Source of the DNA: Mobula hypostoma
Lineage: Eukaryota
DNA length: 64,000 nucleotides
Direction: 5' to 3'
Assembly (NCBI RefSeq): GCF_963921235.1
Contig: NC_086107.1
Location: 92,754,001-92,818,000, forward strand
The position numbers were made by a program, and so were the translations under genes. The notes under the pieces were generated by a model. That model did not search any database, had not been told where the DNA came from, and worked only from the letters and a program-made list of their open reading frames with translations. Below, one piece after another: positions 1 through 13,073 of the stretch (within the stretch, counting starts at the first letter, position 1; the number at the start of each line of letters is the position of its first letter).

Positions 1-319
1 AGCAGTCAACATAATCAAAGATCTCACCCATCCCCGACATTCTCTCTTTCCCTCTTTCTACAGAAGCTTAGATTACGTGGTGCAAACCAGCAATCGGTAA
101 ATTTTAGGATAGTCGTTCAGGGGTTCAGCCTTTGAATAACAATTCAAAGTTGCGGGTGTTGCCGATCTTCTTTAGCTGTGGTGTCGACGTGGTTGGATCA
201 GGATAGTTTATCAGTGATGTTCACTCCCACAGGAACTGGAAGCTCTCAGCACCTCTCAACCTCAGCACCTTTGATGTAGACAGGAGGGCGTACAGCAACC
301 CTCTTATTGTAGTCATGAC

Positions 320-640
320 CGTTGATCGAATGGACAGCCAGAGAATTTGTTCCCAGGGCAGAAAAGGCTAATATGAGGAGGCTTTCTGTAATTTTAAGGT
401 GATTAGAGGAAAGTATTGGGGTGTGTCAGAGGTAGATTTTTATTTTTACACAGAGTGGAGGGTGTGTAGAATGTGCTGCCAGGAGTGATGTAAGATACTC
501 TTAGAGAGACGCATGGAGGGTAGAAAAATGGAGGGCTATGAGAAAGGAGGCTTTAGATTGACCTTGGAGTAGGTTAAACAGTCAGCACAACGACGTGGGC
601 CGAAGGGCCTGTACTGTGTTGTAACGATCCACGTTCTATC
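320..640 (+). mobile_element. CR1 LINE 3' fragment (old)
   Basis: Degenerate CR1 ORF2 C-terminus (TTTTTACACAGAG...GTG...AATG, the FFTQRVV region) followed by the GGGCCGAAGGGCCTGTACTGTG 3' UTR. Confidence 0.8.
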
Positions 641-1009
641 CAGACTCAACTTGTTACTCGCACATTGTGTTTTAAAGGTTGCTTTTATATTTATATTTAT
701 TGTGTTTTATACTTATTGTGTTTTTTATGATGCACCAGGCCCAGAGTAACAATCATTTTGTTCTCTTTTACACTCGTGTAATGAAGAATGACAATAAACC
801 ATGTTAACTCTGGAATTTATGTTCTATAAATAATCAATGCACAGAGGCAGAATCACAAGAATTGCCTAAGTATCAGCTCAATTTGTTGGAGTAGTTTAAG
901 GCCCTGTTACAGGTAATGAATGGACTGTAAACCTCCTGTAGGCAGGTCTAGTCTCCAGCTCACGTGGACATGGATACTCAGTAGTTAAATGATGGCATCA
1001 TCGTCATCT

Positions 1010-2100
1010 GACAACTAGGAAAACTGACATGGTGATGCGAGTTCAAGTCCTACCATGGCAGCTGGAGAATTTTAAGTTCAAGCAATTAAACACGTCCGGA
1101 ATTTATATTAACAAATGACTCAGCAAAGGTCGATATGAAACTATTAGGGTAGCACACACAAAATGCTGGAGGAACTCAGCAGGACAGGCAGCATCAATGG
1201 AAAGGAATAAAGAGTTGACGCTTTGGGTTGAGACACCTCATCAGGACTGGAAAGGAAGGTGGAAGGAGTCAGAATAAAATTGAATGAAGAATGGGGAGAA
1301 AGGTGAGGACAGCCCAGTGCATCTGTGGTTGTGAGTTTCCCATGACTCAGGACATTTACAAGGACAATGTGCAAAAAGGGCCCATAAGATCATTGGGGAC
1401 CCAAGCCATCCCAACCACAATCTATTCCAGCTGCAACCATCCGGGAAGTGGTACCGCAGCATAAAAGCCAGGACCAACAGGTTCCAGGACAGCTTCTTCC
1501 ACCAGGCCATCAGACTGATGAACTCACGCTGACTTAAGTGTACTCTATATTACTTCGACTGTTCAATTTATTATAAATTACTATGATTGCACATTGCACA
1601 TTTAGATGGAGACGTAACGTAAAGATTTTTACTCCTCATGTATGTGAAGGATGTAAGGAATAAAGTCAACTCAATTCAACTCATCCATGGCCAAATAATG
1701 ATGCTTTCAGCTCCTAATCTTGAAGGTGGTTTAAGAACTTTAAACAGCTCTCAAAGAATTCTGGCTCCTTTCCCCTTCCTTTCCAGTCCTGATGAAAGGT
1801 CTCAGCCCAAAGTGTCAATTGCTTATTCCTCTCCAGAGATGCTGCCTTAGCTGTGGAGTTTCCCCGGCATTTTGTGTGTGTTACCCTGCATTCCTAGCAC
1901 CTGCAGAATTCCCTGTGTTCATGTAACTACAAGATTGTTGTAAAAATTACCTGGGAGTAATGTCCTTCAAGAAGCAATATCTTCCATCCAGACTTAGTAA
2001 AAATTACTGACTCCTAACTCCCTGCACAGTTCAGTTAGGAATGGACCATGAAACACTGGAATGATCTGTGACATACACAGCCCGTGAGAGAATAAATGTG
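1010..2100 (+). mobile_element. Old tRNA-derived SINE split by a Penelope insertion (pieces ~1010-1143 and ~1930-2100)
   Basis: B-box-like GTTCAAGTCC and ACCATGGCAG body on the left resume as GATTGTTGTAAAAA...AATGTCCTT on the right; junctions show ATGAAACTA/ATGTAACTA duplication. Confidence 0.6.
1144..1920. mobile_element. Inverted pair of Penelope-like terminal repeats with a nested Rex1/Babar 3' fragment (~1350-1683)
   Basis: Minus-strand terminal repeat at ~1148-1310 and plus-strand copy at ~1760-1915, each with a decayed hammerhead core; imperfect 9-bp TSD at 1135-1143 and 1921-1929. Confidence 0.7.
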
Positions 2101-3021
2101 ATAAATGGCACAGCCTGGGTGTCAGGACAGACAGCAGGCAAGGCTGTTAAGGACCAGCTGGTTTTTCAGTCTGAGTTTTGGACAGATGTGGAAGAGAGCC
2201 AGGCGCAAAGCTCCAAGGGTTTTTGGTGACATTACCTACGTGGAAAGAGAAAGTTTGATGCAGCAATAATTAATAATCCAGGGGTAGTGCTGAGTACGGA
2301 GAACTATGAGTCAGCATTATTAACTTTTCCTCGTCCTTCAAATCTGCACAGAATGAAAAACTTTCTGCCTGAGGCTCTGGAGCCTGTTTGATGTTTAAGA
2401 ATTAAGCTTTCACATCACCGTGAAAGAAACTAATAGTCCCCGAGGTGGAATTTGATACCTCTAAGGAAACAACATTTGGAAAGCTATTCCTTGAGAACTG
2501 TTTAAGATTGTTAAACAACCTCCGAGATTAGGGGCTGAAAGCATTGTTGCCACGGATGAGATTTATTCTCCATTTAATTTTATTTTCAAGTAATTAAAAT
2601 TTCTGGGTAGAAAAGGTCAGAATCAAGATCATAATCAGAATCAGGATCCGTTTATCATAACTGACATATACCATGAAATTTGCTGATCTGCGGCAACAGT
2701 ACAGTGCCATACATAGAGAATGATTGTAAGTTGCAATGAAAGAAATATACGAACCAACTAAATGAGTAATGCAAAATATAAGCAAAATAGTGGAGTAGTG
2801 TTCATGGGTTTAGGGACTGTACAGAAATCTGATAGTGGAGGGGATGATGGCATTCTACAAACATTGACTGTGTGCCTTCAGAATCCTGTACCTCCTCCCT
2901 GACGTCTGTAATGAGAAGAACTTGGAGAAATATGGGCAGAGTGCAGGGAAAAGGGATTAGCTTAGATGGGCATCTAGGTTGGCATTTATGAGTCAGGCTG
3001 AAAGGCCCGTTTTTGTGTTGT

Positions 3022-3365
3022 ATGAGAGGCATTGATCGTGTGGATAGTCAGAGACCTTTTCCCCAGGGCTGAAATGGCTAACACGAGAGGGCACAGTTTT
3101 AAGGTGCTTGGAAGTAGGTACAGAGGAAATGTTAGGGTAAGTTTTTTACGCAGAAAGTGGTAAGTGCGTGGAATGGGCTGCTGGCGATGGTGGTGGAGGT
3201 AGATACAATAGGGTCTATTAAGAGGCTCCTGGATAGGTACAAGGAGCTTAGAAAAATAGACAGTTATGGGTAACCCTAGGTAATTTCTAAAGTAAGTACA
3301 TGTTCGGCACAGCTTTGTGGGCCGAAGGGTCTGTATTGTGCTGTAGGTTTTCTATGTTTCTATGT
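3022..3365 (+). mobile_element. CR1 LINE 3' fragment (same subfamily as 17523-18032)
   Basis: MRGIDRVDSQ...RGHSFKVLGSRYRG coding remnant and (TTCTATGT) tail. Confidence 0.9.
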
Positions 3366-3419
3366 TTTTTTAATGGCTCTGTGTCCAGGCAGTGTGAGGT
3401 TAGGTGTGAGAAAATGAAG

Positions 3420-3830
3420 TTTAGGGCCTGGACTCATTGGTGTTTAGAAGAATGAGGGAGGATTTTATAAAAACCTACCAGATGTTAAAAGGCCTAGATA
3501 GAATACTGTAAATGTGGAGAGAACATTTCCTATAGTGGAGGAGTCTAGAACCAGAGGGCATAGCCTCAGAATAGTAGGACGGCCCTCTGGAAGATAGATG
3601 AGGAGGAATTTCTTGAGCCAGAGGTTGGTGAATCTGAGGAACTCAGTTGGCTGTGGAGGCCAAGTTAAAGTGGGGTTTATAGGTTCTTGATTAGTAAGGA
3701 TGTCAAAGGTTACAGGAAGAAGGCAGGACAACAGGGTTGAGAGAGATAATAAATCAGCCACGATGGATTGGCAGAGCAGATTCAATGGGCTGAATGACCT
3801 AATTCTGCCCTATGTTTTCTGCTCTCATAT
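3420..3830 (+). mobile_element. CR1 LINE 3' fragment
   Basis: GESRTRGHSLRI-type remnant and GGGCTGAATGACCTAATTCTG 3' UTR. Confidence 0.85.
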
Positions 3831-4471
3831 TGTTAGATCAGTAACATATTATGTGTTTTTCTATCAAGTATTTGTCTATGTGGTCAATAGTACAACAGAA
3901 TTTCCTGGTGTGATGGATGTTGTGTTCCATCAACAGCAACATGGGTAATTGCTTAGTTCATTCAGAGCAAGAGAGATAAAGATAAAGAGATTCCTCGCTG
4001 ATGTCACTGACCGGCGATGAGGCCCCTGCACTCGAACCATTTCTCTCTCCCTCCATGGTAAGTGAGAACCTGTTGGTGTTCAAGTCTGTGGGTGTGTGTG
4101 GGGAAGGGATGGTTGCTCGGACAGATTGCAACATCCAGATGGTGTGCTGTTGATCTCCACTCTCGTCTTTTGCGGGAGCAAGCTCTGAGAGCCTGACTGA
4201 GATGTTGAAGTGTTGGCCTGGGCAGTAGTTTTTGATGGACTCTAGACCATGGTCTCTGGGGCTTTGCTATTGCTTGCATGGTGGATGGTGAGGGTTGACG
4301 CTTTGCTGCTGTTTGTGAGTGGAAGGGGAGGGGGCTTTGGGGTTCTAACCTTTTTCTGCCATTCATTCTTTGGGGCTTTTCCTCTCTGTTTCTTGGATGT
4401 ATGCAAAGAGTAAGAATTTCAGGTTGTATACTGTATACCATTCTCTGATATTGAATTGAACCATTGAACAA

Positions 4472-4792
4472 TTAAGATTCCAGATGTTATCTTTAGTTGT
4501 CAGATGTACATCGAAGCATCAAAACATACGGTGAAATGTGAGTATGCGTCAATGACCGACACAGTCCAAGGACGTGCAGGGCAACCCACGAGTGTTGCCC
4601 TGCTTCCAACGTAGCGTACCCACAACTTACTAACCTAACCTGTATGTTTTCAGAATGTGGGAGGAAACCAGAGCACCTGGCAGGTAGCCATGCAATCAGG
4701 GGAGAAGGCACAAACTCCTTACAGACAGCGAAAGGAATTGAACTTTGATTGCTGGCGCCGTAAAGCATTACGCTAACCACTACGCTACCGTG
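4472..4792 (-). mobile_element. V-domain (HE1-like) tRNA-derived SINE with Rex1-type tail
   Basis: Reverse strand has GGTAGCGTAGTGGTTAGC A-box, GTTCAATTCC B-box and GGTGCTCTGGTTTCCTCCCAC core; similar copies at ~9915-10195, 24162-25750 (interrupted), 50790-51050, 52030-52320. Confidence 0.8.
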
Positions 4793-4889
4793 CGGTCCCC
4801 AGGTGTGGTGATTAGAACGGGTGAGAGGGGAACCAGAATGTGGAATGGTAAAGGGGGGGGGGTGACAACACTGGAAATTGGGGAAGTCT

Positions 4890-5550
4890 GGTCAAGCAGT
4901 ATTTGAAGAGGGAAATGAACAGTGAATGTTTCGGGTTGAAACCCTTTATCAGGACTGAAAAGAGCAGGAGGGGGGGAATAGCCATTATAAAGAGCTGAGG
5001 AGCGAAAGGATCAAGAGCAGGTGGATCCAGGTGAGGGGGCAGCAAAGGAGGACAGGTGAGTGAAAGGAGAGTGGAAATATGGCAAGAAGCTGGGAGATGA
5101 TAGGTGGAAGGCCTGAAGAAGATGGAATATGATAGGAGAGGACAGTGGAGCTTGGAATTAATGGAAGGAGATGAGAAGGAGCACCAGAGGGAGGAGTGTG
5201 TGGATGATGGATAGATTGAGAGAGGTGTGAGAGAAAAAGAAAAAGGTGTGAGGGGGCAAGTGGGATAAAGGAAAAGAAAGCAGAGGGGTAGATTTACCAG
5301 AAGTTAGAGAAAGAAAATGGTGGGCTATATGAGAGGGAAGAGTTAGAATGATCTTGGTGTAGGTTAAAGGGTTGGCACAACATTGTGGGCTGAAGGGCCT
5401 GTACTGTGCTGTGTTGTTCTATGTTCTAAACTCATGTTCATGCATCAGGTTGGAGGCTACTCCGACCGAATATAAGGTATTGTTCCTCCAACCCAAGGTT
5501 GTTCTCATTGAAGTAGAGGAAGTCATGGACAGACATGTCAGAATAGGGAT
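4890..5550 (-). mobile_element. Penelope-like element remnant (3' repeat plus GIY-YIG C-terminus), interrupted by a CR1 tail at ~5310-5430
   Basis: Reverse complement resembles 6090-6560; decayed hammerhead at ~4919-4957. Confidence 0.7.
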
Positions 5551-5921
5551 GAACTTACAAAATGCTGGAGAAACCCAACAAGTCAGACAAACACACACAA
5601 AATGAAAGGGGAAGACAGTGACCATCACCATTGTCCCAAACTTAGCAAAGTGCAAAGTGAAAAAGGCCCCTTGTGTTTGATTTCAGGAATGTGCCTTCCC
5701 TCACTGCTGCAAGCACGGAGTTTAAAAAGCTGCGCACTAGTTACTTTTCCCAGAACTGATATCCTTCAATTTGAACATGAAAAGAGCTGGCAGTTTTCAC
5801 TATAACGAAGTGTAACTCAACTCCCACATGCTGTCAGACACACTACTTATGCTAACAACCCCACTCAATGCACATCATTCACTCTCACAAATGAACATGA
5901 AAGGAGTGATGTGCTTGGTTC

Positions 5922-6660
5922 AGGGTCACCTATTGTATCCAGTGCTCCCGGTGCAACCTCCTCTACATCGGTGAAACCCGTTGTGGACTGGGGGAGCTGC
6001 TTCATCAAGCACCACCTTTTGTCTGCCAAAAAAGCCGGGTTTTCCCAGCAGCCATCAATTTTGATTCTACTCCCCGTTTCCATTCCAGCATGTTGGTCCA
6101 GGTCTTCCTCTACTGCCACAATGAAGTCACAATCAGATTGGAGGGGCAACACGTCATATTCCATCCGGGTAGTGTTCAACCTGACAGCACGAATATCAAT
6201 TTCTCTAACCTACAGTAAATTCTCTTCCCTCCCCCCTTCTCTCTTTTTTCATTACTCATTCTTTCTCCCCTCTTACCCCTTCTCTTCTCCTAACCTGTCC
6301 ATCATCTCCCTCTGGTGCCCCACCTCCGTCCCTTTCTCCCGTGATCCATTTCACTCTCCTTCTTCTCCACCCCTTTACCTTTTCCGCATATCACCTCTCT
6401 GCTTCTCACTTTACCGCGCCCCCCCCCCCACTCACTCACCTTCCCCCTGACCTGGTCTCACCTGTCACCTGCCACCTTGTACTGAAATCCTTTTTACTCT
6501 GGCTTCTTCCTCCTTCCTTTCCAGTCCTGATGAAGGATCGCGACCCAAAACATCAACTGCTTGACCACTTCCATAGATGTGGCCTGATCTGCTGAGTCCC
6601 TCCAGCATTATGTGTCTGTTGCTCTGGATTTCCAGCATCTGCAGAATCCCTTGTGCTTGT
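5922..6660 (+). mobile_element. Penelope-like retroelement 3' part: GIY-YIG endonuclease pseudogene plus 3' terminal repeat
   Basis: Frame through 5931 reads VTYCIQCSRCNLLYIGETRCGLG (GIY-YIG motif), later RLEGQHVIF...; then a pyrimidine-rich UTR and decayed hammerhead at 6521-6559. Confidence 0.9.
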
Positions 6661-7194
6661 GATCCACTCCTCACTGCCTTTTGGTCACAATCATTTCTGA
6701 GACGGAAACCAGTGAACCGGAATTTCTTGGAAGTTCTGTCACTGCCTGGGTGAGTGTATCACTTGGTGGGGCTTCAGCACAAATGCAGTTGATAAAGGTA
6801 ATGGGGCATTGGAGCCAGATCCTCTGCTAACCATAGCCAACTGTTACTGGAGTTCTGATGATGGCAGGTTGATAGCTGAAAGGAATAGTTCTAGCTGATT
6901 GCAGTTTGGTCTTTTCAATACACCTGGGCATCAGATATTCCAGGTTCCAGTCGATCATAGGTAAAGCAGTCCCTGTGTAGCTGTGCCATGTGAAACCAGC
7001 ATCTATCATCAAAGACCCCACCATCCATATCAAGCTCTCTTCTCACTCCTACTATCAGGCAGAAGGTATTGAAACCTTAGGCCTTTATACCACTAGGTTC
7101 AGGAACGGATATTACCCAACAACCATCAGGTTCCTGAACTTCACTTACCTCAATTCTAAACTGATTTTGTGACATACAGACTGTTTACATTTCA

Positions 7195-7590
7195 TGTAGG
7201 GTTTTTCTCTTTGCAGCCAAGGATGCAAGGTGACTTGATAAACGTGTACAAGATGACAAGAGATATTGATTGAGCATATAACCATAGCTAGAAACTTTTT
7301 CCTAGGGTGGAAATAGCTTGTACGAGCGGGGCATAATTTTAATGTGATTAGAGGAAAGCATAGGGGGATGTCAGAGGTATTCACAGGCATTAGTGGGTGC
7401 ATGGAATGTACTGCCAAGGGTGGTGGTTGAGGCAGTTACGTCTGGGACATTTCGGAAACATGGATGATAGATAAATGGAGGACTATGTAAGAGAGAAGTT
7501 TTAGATTGATAATAGAGTATGTTAAAAGGACAGCACAAAAGCACGGGCTGAAGGGCCTGTACTGTGCTGTAATGTTCTATGTTCTATGAT
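7195..7590 (+). mobile_element. CR1 LINE 3' fragment (old)
   Basis: Degenerate ORF2 end and GGGCTGAAGGGCCTGTACTGTGCTGTAATGTTCTATGTTCTATG tail. Confidence 0.8.
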
Positions 7591-8628
7591 CTCAGTACTT
7601 CTATTTGCAGCTCGCCTTCTTTTGCACATTGGCTGGTTATCAGTCTTTGTGTGTTTGTGTATAGTTTTTCATAAAAATTCTATTATATTTCTTATTTTTC
7701 CTGTAGATATCTGCAAGAAAATAAATCTCAAGGCAGTATATGGGAACATACATGTACCGTACTTTGATAACAATTTGTACAAGAAGCTGGAGGGAGCCTG
7801 ATTTACTTTTCCTTCCATTGCCACGGAAAAATAACAATGAAAAAAGGATAAGAGAAAGAATAGGGGTACGTTTGTCAACCCCTCGAGCCTGCAGGTCATG
7901 ACAGGTCCTGAAAATCCCCAAATCCTTCGGTGTTTTCAAATCTGTCCGTTTCCACCTCCAACACTCTCCACGGGTCTCTGGGGCAAAGATTTCCAACTGT
8001 ACATGGCCATCCCACTGCAGAGATTCTTCATCCTACAGGAACGACCCCTCATCCCAAGGGCACACTCAGAGAACCTGCCTCTGTCAGTCACTCACAGAAG
8101 TTTGCGCACCTGGGTCAGAATCAGAGTCGGAGTCAGGTTTATTACCAATGAGATGTATCGTGAAATTTGTTGTTTTGCGGCAGCAGTACAGAGCAAGACA
8201 TAAAAAATTACTGCTACATAAATAACAGCACAGTCCAGGCCCTCGACCAGCACTGTTGTTCCAACCTTTTAACCTGCTCTAAAATCAATCTAAGAATAGA
8301 TGAACAGAGAAATAGATCACTTACTTTCCTAAACTCCAGTGGGTATAAGCCCAACCTACTTAATCTCTCCTTGAAATGCCAAACAAATCTTCATTGTTAA
8401 GAAAGTTTATTAAAATTGTATTCAGGCATCAAATAACTCATTGTTTACTTTCTGGTTGAGCGAAGCAACCATATTTTGCCGTCATTGCTGATCTTGGTAA
8501 GTGTTACAGCACAGGTCTAAAAAAAAATTATGTCTGAAAGGGCACCGCAAGCATCATAAAGTTGCTGCCCTGTTGAAGGATCTCGGCCTGAAACGTCAAC
8601 ACTTTATTCCTTTTCATAGATGCTGCCT

Positions 8629-8828
8629 AGCCAGCCAGTGGCATAGTGGTATCCGCACCAGAGTTCGAGGCGAGAGGTCCTGGGTTCGAATCCGGCCAGT
8701 TCCCTGCACACTTTCCATCCATGCTGGGTTCAGCATTGAGCCTCGAGCCTCGTAAAAACCAGGCAAATACTGAAGAAGTGGCAAGGGTGCCCAACCAATG
8801 TGCCATAAGGCGTGGAGAGGAGCCACAA
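8629..8828 (+). mobile_element. tRNA-derived SINE (~200 bp)
   Basis: A-box TGGCATAGTGG, B-box GGTTCGAATCC; 14-bp TSD CATAG(A/G)TGCTGCCT at 8615-8628 and 8829-8842; second copy at 28013-28221. Confidence 0.85.
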
Positions 8829-8934
8829 CATAGGTGCTGCCTGACCTGCTGTGTGTATCTCCAGCATCTGCAGAATCTCCTGTCTTTATTACAAGCATCA
8901 TGTTGGATTAATATTTCAGAATCTTTATATTTTA

Positions 8935-9725
8935 AAACAGACATGAAGGCACAGGAGGAGGCAATGAGATGATTTTGAAATGTGTAGGAATAGTACACAG
9001 TTAATGGCCAGACCCTTAACAGAGATGTACAGAGAGATCTTGAGGTCAAGTCGACAGCTTCCTGATTGTGGCTGCACAGGGTGACCAGGTGGTAAAGAAA
9101 ACGTATTGCCAGAGTCAGGAAATTATGCTGCTGCTTTATAAAATTATGCTTAGGTTGCATCTGGACTATATCATTCGGTTCAGGTCAATAATCATTCCAT
9201 CAATCTAGGAAGGATATGCAGGCTTTGGAGAATGCTGCTTCGATTAGAAGGAGTTAACGATAAAGAGAAGTTGGATAAACTTGGGTTGGTTTCAGAGGCT
9301 GAGGGGAGACCTGATAAAGGCTTATAAGATTATGAGAGACATAGACAGCTAGCTACTATTCATTTCCCAGAGCAGAAATTTCTTACACCAGAAAGCACAA
9401 ACAAGAGAAAATCTGCAGAAGCTATGTGTGTGTTGTTACACCAGACAGCATGCCTCTGGGGTGAGAGGGACAAAGGTGAAAGGAGATGTGCAGGACAAAC
9501 TTTTTGCATTGGGAATGGTGAGTGCCCAGAATGTGCTGCCAGACGTGGTGGCAGAGGCAGACATGTTTAAGATTCTTAAATAGGCAGACGAACGTGCAAA
9601 GAATAGAAGGATACTGACATTGTGTAGGCAAAAGGGACTAGTTTAGTTAGACTTTTAATTAATAGTTTCATTAGTCTGGTACAACCTGTTCTTGTACTGT
9701 ACTGTTCTATTGTTCCATGTTCTAA
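8935..9725 (+). mobile_element. CR1 LINE fragment (old, decayed)
   Basis: Residual similarity to the CR1 ORF2 C-terminal third and its 3' UTR. Confidence 0.75.
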
Positions 9726-11279
9726 TGATATAAATTAATGTTATCAGAAAGCTGAGGATGTACGCATCGGTAAAGTGCTGATAGACTGCATGTCCTTTCT
9801 CTTGAGGAGAGAAGGTTGAAGGGTGATGCGACAGAAATTGTCGGAAGGGTAGGAAGCTTTGCCATAGTGGATACTTTGAGAATGTTTCTATTTGTACGGT
9901 AGAAGTTGTAAAAGGTTAAAGATTAAGTTTATTTGTCACATGTACATTGAAATATCAAAACATACAGTGAAATATGTTGTTTCTGCGCCCACGGCCGACG
10001 CAGTCCAGATGTGCTGGGGGCAGCTCGCAAGTGTCACCATTTTACCTTGCTAACCTAGCATGCTCACAACATACCGACAGCACTGACCCATACACCTGTG
10101 GAATATAGGAGGAAACAGGAGCACCCGGAGAAAATCCAGGCAGTCACTGGAAGAACATACAAACTCCTTAATCGCTGGTACTGTAAAGCATGGTGCTGGG
10201 TACCAAGAAAGCCCGGAAGGAACTGGGGAGAAAATGTTCTTTTCCAAAGAGCGATGAGAAGGTGGAACACCCTTCCACAGAGAGTGGAATGGATGGGTTT
10301 AAGGGGAGGTTGATGAGGGTGAAGTAGTCAAAGTCAAAGTAAATTTATGTGCGTATGTGTTACCATTCATTCTCTCGCAGGTGTGTACAGGAAAATAAAG
10401 AAAGGCAATAGAATTGATGAAGAACTATACAAAAACAAACACTGACTCACAGCCAATGTCCAAAGAAGACGAAGTGTGCAAGTCATGAGAATGTGAATGC
10501 AGGAACCCTGAAAGTGAGTCTCTGCAGGCTGTGGAAACAGTCCCGAGTTGTGGTGAGTGATGTCATCCATGCAGCTTCAGGTGCACAATGGCTGCAGAGT
10601 AAACACGGTCCCTGGACCTTGTGGTGTAGGACCTAAGGCTTTGGTATCTCCTGCCTGATAGCAGCAGTGAGAATGGATGGGCTGAAGGGCCTGTTTCTGT
10701 GCTGTAGTGTTCTATGGCGCTGATAGGAAAGCTTTAGAGGGATGAGGGCCAAAGGCAGCCCAATGGGACAGACTGGGTAAGATGGGCCGAAAAGCTCACC
10801 TCTGCCCTGTACAGCTGACTCTGTAATCATGTGCAATCATAACATCTAGCCTTCACAAGCCAAGATTTAACAAATGCACAGTGCCTGTCCAGTCTTACTT
10901 GTGCTTGAATGTAAATAAATTACAAGCCTATAATCATAGATCCAACAACACAAAGGAGACCACTCTGCCCATTACATCTATGTTAGCACTCTGAGAGAGC
11001 CCCTTTGTCCTCACGGCCCTGCAGGATATACAAAAATCTGACCAGTTTCCCATCCAACATGCTTCAAGCAGGGCAGCCTGCATCAATGCAGATCACCAAA
11101 AAAAAAGGTTTTAAAAACTCTCCTCATCCTGCCACTGTTCTTGCCTTCTGACCCTAAATCCCCACCCAGTCTCGTTCCTGCCTGCTGAAACAGTTTCTCT
11201 GTATTTATCAAATCTCCTCCTATTTTCGGTCACCTTGACCTGACTAATGTTCTTTGCTTGAAAGAGGACAGTCCCAGTC

Positions 11280-11550
11280 TCTTGTCTCCCTGATTAAAAG
11301 CAGATCCGCAGTGCTTTGGTGAGTCATCCCTTCACGTTCCCCGACAATGTTGCCTGTCTGGCATAAAGCAGAGAGAAATCTCTGCAATGAGTGTACTCGG
11401 GCTCCGGAGAGGCTAAATAAAAGCTGTGGAAGGAGTTTACGTTACAAATTGCCTGTCACTCCTTAGTAAGATTGCATATGCAAGGAGACGCTAATTGAAA
11501 TTAGCTCTAATTAATAAAGTTGGTTCTAACTTGATTGCAATTATATAAAA
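11280..11550. promoter_or_regulatory. Candidate enhancer / conserved non-coding element
   Basis: TE-free island with TGAGTCA, palindromic TTGCATATGCAA (11472-11483), GCTAATTGAAATTAGC (11490-11505) and TAATTAA; motif evidence only. Confidence 0.3.
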
Positions 11551-13073
11551 CAGAACCAAGCGTGGGACGTTCAACTCCTCAAGCACTGCTCGTTCAATTT
11601 CTTACCCAGTCCCCGCTTCCCTGGAGTCCTCAGACCATTGATTGTAAGCTGGACATCTTCAGGACCTTAACAAGCAGTCAACGCCAGTGATCTACAATGC
11701 TTTACCCTGAGATATTCATCTATTTATTGGGAAACGTGTGGGATAGGCCCTCTCGGCCCCTCGAGCCACGCCGCCTAGCAACCCACCTATCTATTCAGGA
11801 AACAATTTACAATGAGCAATTAACCAACTAACCTGTGCATCTTTGGACTGTGGGAGGAAACCAGAGCACCCAGAGGAAACCCACACAGTCACAGGGAGAA
11901 CGTACAAACTCCTGACAATTGAACCCAGGTGACTGGTACTGTAAAGCACTGTGCTAACCACTACGCTACCGAGCCACCCAAACCCTTCTCTCCCTTTACC
12001 TCCCAAATGATCAATGCCTTTTGCTGGGTCTATCCCTCCGGGTTGAGTTACCAGCCTCGAGACATCACTCTTATTTGTTTATTAGGATATTACAGGTAAT
12101 TCAGTTTCCATCTATAACTGAAGTCATAAGCATAGCCCATTTCATCTATACCCACCGTGTTTCTCAATGCACTTGTCCTATCTGCTAGCGTTTGGCCCAT
12201 AACCCTCTATACCTCTCCTATCTATGTACTAGATGGGTTTGAAATGTTGCTGATGTGTCCACCTCAGTCACAATTTTGTATCTTTTTTATTTAGAGATAC
12301 AGAATGGTAACAGGCCTTTGCAATCCAAGAAGCCTGCACCATGGCAGTTGAATTCCACAGAGGGTGGTGAATGTATGGATTTTGTTGCCGCAGACAGCTG
12401 CGAAAGCCACGTCATGGGTATACATAAAGTAGATAGGTTCCTGATCAGTAAGGGCGTAAATGGTTACAGGGAGAAGGGATACTAAATCAGCCATGATGGA
12501 ATGGTGAAGCAGACTCGATGGGCCGAGTGGCCTAATTCTGCTCTTGTGTCTTATGGCCATCCTATTACACCAATGTGGCCAAATAACCTACTAACCTGTA
12601 CTTCTTCAGGATGGGAGGGAGCGTTGTCAGTGGAAGAATGTTGCCTGCCTATCCAACGTAGCAAGAAGTATAGACGGAGTCCACGGGGGGGGGGAGGTTA
12701 CTTTTTATGCCCACAACTCCTGATGGGCTACCTGAGGAGATGATTTAGTTGCACTCTACTTCGTTATTAAAGTGCTCAGCGGACAGTCTATCAGTCTATC
12801 CCCGATCACCATCCAGCGCTACTTTTGCATTAGCTACTTCGTAGGTACAGTCGAGCCTTCTCAACTCTGTTGGATGGACGTGGGTCACGCTCGGAGCAGT
12901 GAAGGCAAGCCTCCGCACTGGCTTCTCAATGCCAAGTGCCAAGAACACGCTGCTCTGCTGGAGGAATTTATCAGCTAGCTGCCTGCTCTCCTTAAATCAG
13001 TTCAAAGTTCTAAGTAAATTTATTATCCAAGTACAAAATATATTACATATGCTCTCTTGGGATTCATTTTCTT

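Noticed and set aside
5911..6450. 179-aa ORF
   Set aside because: Shifted frame over a Penelope GIY-YIG remnant and its pyrimidine-rich UTR.
12610..12990. Possible exon or processed pseudogene in a CpG-containing unique stretch
   Set aside because: No recognisable protein similarity in the frames examined and no convincing splice-site pair.
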